DNA of 64,000 bases from the NCBI GenBank assembly GCA_035541415.1, contig DATKNI010000021.1:708-64707 (forward strand), in the 5' to 3' direction. Origin of the DNA: Minisyncoccota bacterium. Lineage in GTDB: Bacteria > Patescibacteriota > Minisyncoccia > UBA6257 > 2-01-FULL-56-20. Each line of letters starts with the position of its first letter. Position 1 is the stretch's first letter. Positions 60,249 through 64,000 of this stretch are shown here, one piece after another. Below the pieces are notes generated by a model that ran no database searches, was not told the origin of the DNA, and saw only the letters and a program-made list of their open reading frames with translations. A program made the translations under genes and the position numbers.

Positions 60249-62154
60249 GCGTTCCCCTCACAATCCGATTCTTGCGCCGGACCCTACTTCGCCATGGGAA
60301 GCGATGGGTACCTGCAATCCGAGCGTCGTCTATGCCGATGGCAAATATCATATGCTCTATCGGGCTTTTGCGGCCAAACAGAAGATTGGCAACGAAGAGC
60401 TTGAGGTTTCATCCATCGGCCACGCCGTGAGCAAGGATGGCGTATCATTTGGCGAACGGAGCCGGCTCCTCTTCCCGCAATATCCGTGGGAAAAATACGG
60501 CTGCGAAGATCCGCGCGTCACCGAGTTTGAGGGGCGCCATTTCATTTTTTATACCGCCGTCGAGGCGTTCCGCGCCGAAGGCATTAAAGTTGCGGTCGCG
60601 ATCACGCGCGATTTCAAGACGATCGAAGAGCGGCATCTCGTGACGCCATTCAACGCAAAAGCAATGGCGCTTTTCCCGGAACGCGTGAACGGCAAGATCG
60701 CGGCGATCCTTACGATCCACACCGACCAGCCCCCGGCGCGCATCTGCCTTGCCCTCTTTGACACCATCGAAGACCTGTGGTCGCCGGCGTATTGGAAGAA
60801 ATGGTACGCCAATTGGCAGCAGTACGTGATTCCCTTCGAACAGAATTTCGAGCGCGACCAGATTGAAGTCGGTTCCCAGCCGATCAAGACCAAAGCCGGA
60901 TGGCTGCTCTTCTATTCTTATATTTATAATTATTTTTCTCCGCCGCCGATTTTCGGCATCCAGGCAACGCTGCTCGACCTTAAAGATCCGAAAAAAATCG
61001 TTGGCGTCGTGAAGCGCCCGTTCCTCATCCCCGAAGAGGAATATGAACTTTATGGCCGGGTGCCGCACATCGTATTTCCGTCGGGTGCCGTCGCGACGCG
61101 GCGCGACGTCAATTTGTATTACGGAGCCGCCGATACCGTTTCGTGCGTGGCAACCCTGCCGCTCAAGGAGCTTCTGGACCAGCTCACCTTCACGACCCAG
61201 CGCGAGCTTGTCCGGTTCGACGGCAATCCCATTCTCACGCCGATCAAAGACCATCCGTGGGAATCAAAAGCCGTTTTCAATCCCGCGGCGATTTATGAAA
61301 AACACCGCGTCCATATTTTGTATCGCGCGATGGGGGAGGATAATACATCGGTGATGGGGTACGCCGTTTCGAGCGATGGCGTGCACATCGACGAGCGCCT
61401 CGGCGTCCCTGTCTATACGCCGCGCGAGGCATTCGAAGGCAAGGGCGTTCCGGGCGGCAATTCCGGATGCGAAGATCCCCGCCTCACGAAGATCGGCGAC
61501 ACGATCTACATGTGCTACACCGCATACAACGGCAAAGACGTCCCGCGGGTCGCGTTTACGTCGATCAGCGTCGATGATTTCTTGCGCCGCGATTGGAAGT
61601 GGAAAAAACCGGCGCTCATTTCGCCGCCGGGCCTCGACGACAAAGACGCCGTGCTGTTCCCAAAAAAGATAAAAGGGAAGTACTGGTTCTTGCACCGGTT
61701 GGGAACCGATATCTGGATTGATTCCGTGGACGACCTTGCGTTTGATAGCACGAGCAAATTTTTGGGAGGCAAGATCCTGATGCGGCCGCGCGACACCGAA
61801 TGGGATTCGCGCCGCATCGGCGGAACGTCGCCGCCGATCGAGACCGAGTACGGCTGGGTGTGCTTTTATCACGGCATCTCCAAGCGGACCGGCCACTACA
61901 ACGTCCGGGCGGCCCTGCTCGACCTCGATAATCCTTCAAAAGTCCTGTATCGAACGCACGACCCGCTTCTCGAGCCAACAATGGAATACGAAAGGCACGG
62001 CATGGTGAATAACGTAGTTTTCCCGTGCGGCTCGGTGCTCCTCAAGGACAAGCTCTATGTATATTACGGCGGCGCCGACAGCGTGGTCGGCGTGGCGACC
62101 ATCGATATGGATATCCTGATCGATGGTCTTGTCCGGGAAGCGCGCTTACGCTAG
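60235..62154 (+). CDS. tandem-duplicated GH130-like protein (two complete GH130-like domains in one polypeptide)
   Basis: Domain 1 carries HNPILAPDPTSPWEAMGTCNPSVVYADGKYHMLYRAF...CEDPRVTEFEGRHFIFYTA. Domain 2 carries GNPILTPIKDHPWESKAVFNPAAIYEKHRVHILYRAMG...CEDPRLTKIGDTIYMCYTA. The start is placed at MQIVKRSP, overlapping the upstream stop. Confidence 0.65.
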   Translation: MQIVKRSPHNPILAPDPTSPWEAMGTCNPSVVYADGKYHMLYRAFAAKQKIGNEELEVSSIGHAVSKDGVSFGERSRLLFPQYPWEKYGCEDPRVTEFEGRHFIFYTAVEAFRAEGIKVAVAITRDFKTIEERHLVTPFNAKAMALFPERVNGKIAAILTIHTDQPPARICLALFDTIEDLWSPAYWKKWYANWQQYVIPFEQNFERDQIEVGSQPIKTKAGWLLFYSYIYNYFSPPPIFGIQATLLDLKDPKKIVGVVKRPFLIPEEEYELYGRVPHIVFPSGAVATRRDVNLYYGAADTVSCVATLPLKELLDQLTFTTQRELVRFDGNPILTPIKDHPWESKAVFNPAAIYEKHRVHILYRAMGEDNTSVMGYAVSSDGVHIDERLGVPVYTPREAFEGKGVPGGNSGCEDPRLTKIGDTIYMCYTAYNGKDVPRVAFTSISVDDFLRRDWKWKKPALISPPGLDDKDAVLFPKKIKGKYWFLHRLGTDIWIDSVDDLAFDSTSKFLGGKILMRPRDTEWDSRRIGGTSPPIETEYGWVCFYHGISKRTGHYNVRAALLDLDNPSKVLYRTHDPLLEPTMEYERHGMVNNVVFPCGSVLLKDKLYVYYGGADSVVGVATIDMDILIDGLVREARLR

Positions 62155-62180
62155 AATAGTTAAGCAACCTAACTATTCTA
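62152..62180. promoter_or_regulatory. perfect 11-bp inverted repeat (TAGAATAGTTA-N7-TAACTATTCTA) ending at the marR start codon; candidate MarR autoregulatory operator
   Basis: Seen directly in the sequence. It spans from the GH130 stop codon to the marR ATG. Confidence 0.5.
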
Positions 62181-62614
62181 TGGAATCGGGCACGCCGGAA
62201 TTATTGTCGCTTTTATTTACTATTGGGCGTTCCATGCGCGAGAGCATGCGCCGGAATATCCAGCGGAACGGGAAACCGGGTTCTTTTTTGCAGTTCGAAA
62301 CGCTCCGGTACGTGAAAGAGCACAAACAGCCGTACATGCGCGACGTCGCCGCGTTTTTCCATATCACGCCGCCTGCGGCGACGCTTCTCATCGACGGCCT
62401 CGTGCGCGAAAAGCTGCTCATGCGCCGGTTTGATCCAAAAGACCGCCGGGCTATCCGGATCGCGCTCACGCCGACTGGCGCGCGGTATCTGAGCAAAGGG
62501 ATCGCGGCGCACCAGAAGCGGCTCGCGGCGCTCTTCAATTCACTGAACGCGGAGGAACGGTCCCAACTCATCAGGATCTTGAGGAAAATATCAAAAACCA
62601 TCACAACGTCATGA
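62180..62614 (+). CDS. MarR-family transcriptional regulator
   Basis: Winged-helix motif LRYVKEHKQPYMRDVAAFFHITPPAATLLIDGLVREKLLMRRFDPKDRRAIRIALTPTGARYL. Confidence 0.8.
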   Translation: MESGTPELLSLLFTIGRSMRESMRRNIQRNGKPGSFLQFETLRYVKEHKQPYMRDVAAFFHITPPAATLLIDGLVREKLLMRRFDPKDRRAIRIALTPTGARYLSKGIAAHQKRLAALFNSLNAEERSQLIRILRKISKTITTS

Positions 62615-64000
62615 AAACTTTTTTAATCAAATACAAAACGATTCTCGCCGTAGCGGGCGTCGTGATCGTCGTCGGCGGAACGTATTGGTACGTCGCCTCG
62701 AGCCGACCGCCCGTATTCGGGAGCGTGACTGCGCAGAAGGGCAATGTCACCGCCTCGCTCGATGAACAAGGGACGGTGCTTGCCGAAAACAGCGTAAACC
62801 TTTCGTTCCAGACCGGCGGACAGATTGCGTCGCTTGCCGTGCAGGAAGGGGATCACGTGGGAGCCGGAACCGTGCTTGCGAGCCTTGACACGTCGGCGTT
62901 GAACGCAGCCGTTACCCAGGCGAATGCTGGCATTGCTGCGGCGCAGGCCCAACTCGATTCGCTCCAAAGCGGGACGCGTCCGGAACAGCTTGCGATTGAT
63001 CAAACTGCCGTCGAGAATGCGTCGGCTGCGATCGGCGCCGCGATTGGGAGCGCCTACACTGCGGCGGATGACGCGATCCATAATCAGACCGATGTTCTTT
63101 TCAGCACGCCGAACGGGACGCCTTTATTCCTGATTGCAACGATTAATTCCCAGTCGGCCATTAACATCCAGAGTCAGCGCGTTGCGATCGGAACGTCGCT
63201 TGCGGGTTGGTATGGGGCGATGAATGCCGCGACGAGCAGCGAAACCGAACTTGCAACCCTGGGTCTCACGACGCTCAACCAGATTGCGTCATATTTGAAC
63301 GCGATCGCGCTTGCCGTGAACGAGGCGTTGCCGAACGGCACGATTTCTTCATCGCAGCTCACCACATTCAAAACTGCAGTCGCTGCGGCGCGCACCGAAG
63401 TGAATGCTTCCGTGAGTTCCCTCACGGGCGCGCAGTCCGCGCTCGCAAACGCGCAGGGAGCGCTCGCGCTCGCGCAAGCGGGCGCCACGGCCGAGCAGAT
63501 TGCGGCCCAAAAAGCGCTGGTTCTGCAGGCGCAAGCGGCGGCGCAGAATGCGCAAGTCGCGCTCCAGCATGCTGAGCTCATTGCGCCATTCGACGGCACC
63601 GTTGAGAATCTGACGGCAAAAATCAGCCAGGTCGTCACGCCGGGCGTGCCCGTCGCAGCCGTCGTGAACAACAGCGGCCTCAAAGTCCAAACATTCGTAT
63701 CGGAAGGCGACGTTGCCAAAATCAAGGCCGGCGATTCTGCGAACGTCACGCTTGACGCCTTCGGGACCGGCACCGTGTTCCCGGCGACGATCACGACGAT
63801 CGCATCGCTCGAAACTCAAGTGAACGGCGTTCCGGCGTATGAAGTGACGCTCCATTTTGTGAATCCGCAGCCGAGCATCAAAGACGGCATGACCGGCAAC
63901 ATCCATATCGTGACGGGCGAGCATGACAACGTGGTTGAGGTTCCCACGCGCCTCGTGATTAACGACGGCAACGCCAAGTTCGCCTTGGTCCGGCATGGCG
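62611..64000 (+). CDS. membrane-fusion protein / efflux periplasmic adaptor (HlyD family), 5' part; ORF runs off the window end and is therefore absent from the ORF track
   Basis: Hand translation from ATG 62611 gives MKTFLIKYKTILAVAGVVIVVGGTYWYVASSRPPVFGSVTAQKGNVTASLDEQGTVLAENSVNLSFQTGGQIASLAVQEGDHVGAGTVLASLD... followed by a long Ala/Gln-rich coiled coil and then ...LIAPFDGTVENL...VKAGDSANVTLDAF. There is no stop before nt 64000. The start overlaps the marR stop (ATGA). Confidence 0.7.
   Translation, partial: MKTFLIKYKTILAVAGVVIVVGGTYWYVASSRPPVFGSVTAQKGNVTASLDEQGTVLAENSVNLSFQTGGQIASLAVQEGDHVGAGTVLASLDTSALNAAVTQANAGIAAAQAQLDSLQSGTRPEQLAIDQTAVENASAAIGAAIGSAYTAADDAIHNQTDVLFSTPNGTPLFLIATINSQSAINIQSQRVAIGTSLAGWYGAMNAATSSETELATLGLTTLNQIASYLNAIALAVNEALPNGTISSSQLTTFKTAVAAARTEVNASVSSLTGAQSALANAQGALALAQAGATAEQIAAQKALVLQAQAAAQNAQVALQHAELIAPFDGTVENLTAKISQVVTPGVPVAAVVNNSGLKVQTFVSEGDVAKIKAGDSANVTLDAFGTGTVFPATITTIASLETQVNGVPAYEVTLHFVNPQPSIKDGMTGNIHIVTGEHDNVVEVPTRLVINDGNAKFALVRHG

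Overview
High-GC (~60%) bacterial chromosome segment with a small-genome, CPR-like flavour, dominated by conserved housekeeping genes on the + strand.

Gene content, in order:
- Left edge: the 3' part of a large serine recombinase gene whose stop codon overlaps a tRNA-Gly(CCC) gene on the - strand, i.e. the likely edge of an integrative element lying outside the window.
- A 1078-aa surface protein built from six DUF11-like repeats joined by poly-Gly linkers, with a C-terminal peptidoglycan-binding-like domain.
- Core genes: a CAP-domain protein, dnaG-rpoD, a degraded mpg remnant, nth, uvrB, a low-GC ASCH gene, an ABC-F ATPase, a BtpA-like gene, an ABC exporter, uvrA-uvrC, tsaC, an FAD oxidase, proS, mreB-mreC-mreD-mrdA plus a galT-like gene, rplU, tpiA, a SIMPL protein, a GtrA-like gene, murB, hpf, secA, a P-loop kinase, an ECF sigma/anti-sigma pair, a tRNA-binding protein, an FKBP isomerase, an orphan OmpR-type regulator, a fused G6PD-6PGDH (zwf-gnd) gene, a CBS protein, a bifunctional PGI/PMI, a PD-(D/E)xK nuclease, a PEBP protein, a second ECF sigma/anti-sigma pair, a MacAB-like tripartite exporter flanked by two paralogous secreted proteins, three GH130-like domains in two genes, marR, and a membrane-fusion protein gene running off the right edge.

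No CRISPR array, rRNA, transposase or clear defence operon was found.

Features not explained by the gene calls:
- A recurrent promoter-proximal DnaA-box-like motif, TTATCCACAG.
- A TATAAT-N6-8-ATG leaderless-transcript pattern at about ten genes.
- A structured 600-bp regulatory island upstream of the response regulator, with a palindromic shared -35 element, divergent promoters, a terminated short leader and an upstream ORF.
- A palindromic operator exactly at the marR start codon.
- Several sub-60-codon ORFs with their own SD sequences and terminators.
- A tiny lysine-rich ORF followed by a perfect 12-bp GNRA-loop terminator.

Coordinates of short regulatory elements are approximate (+/-2 nt).
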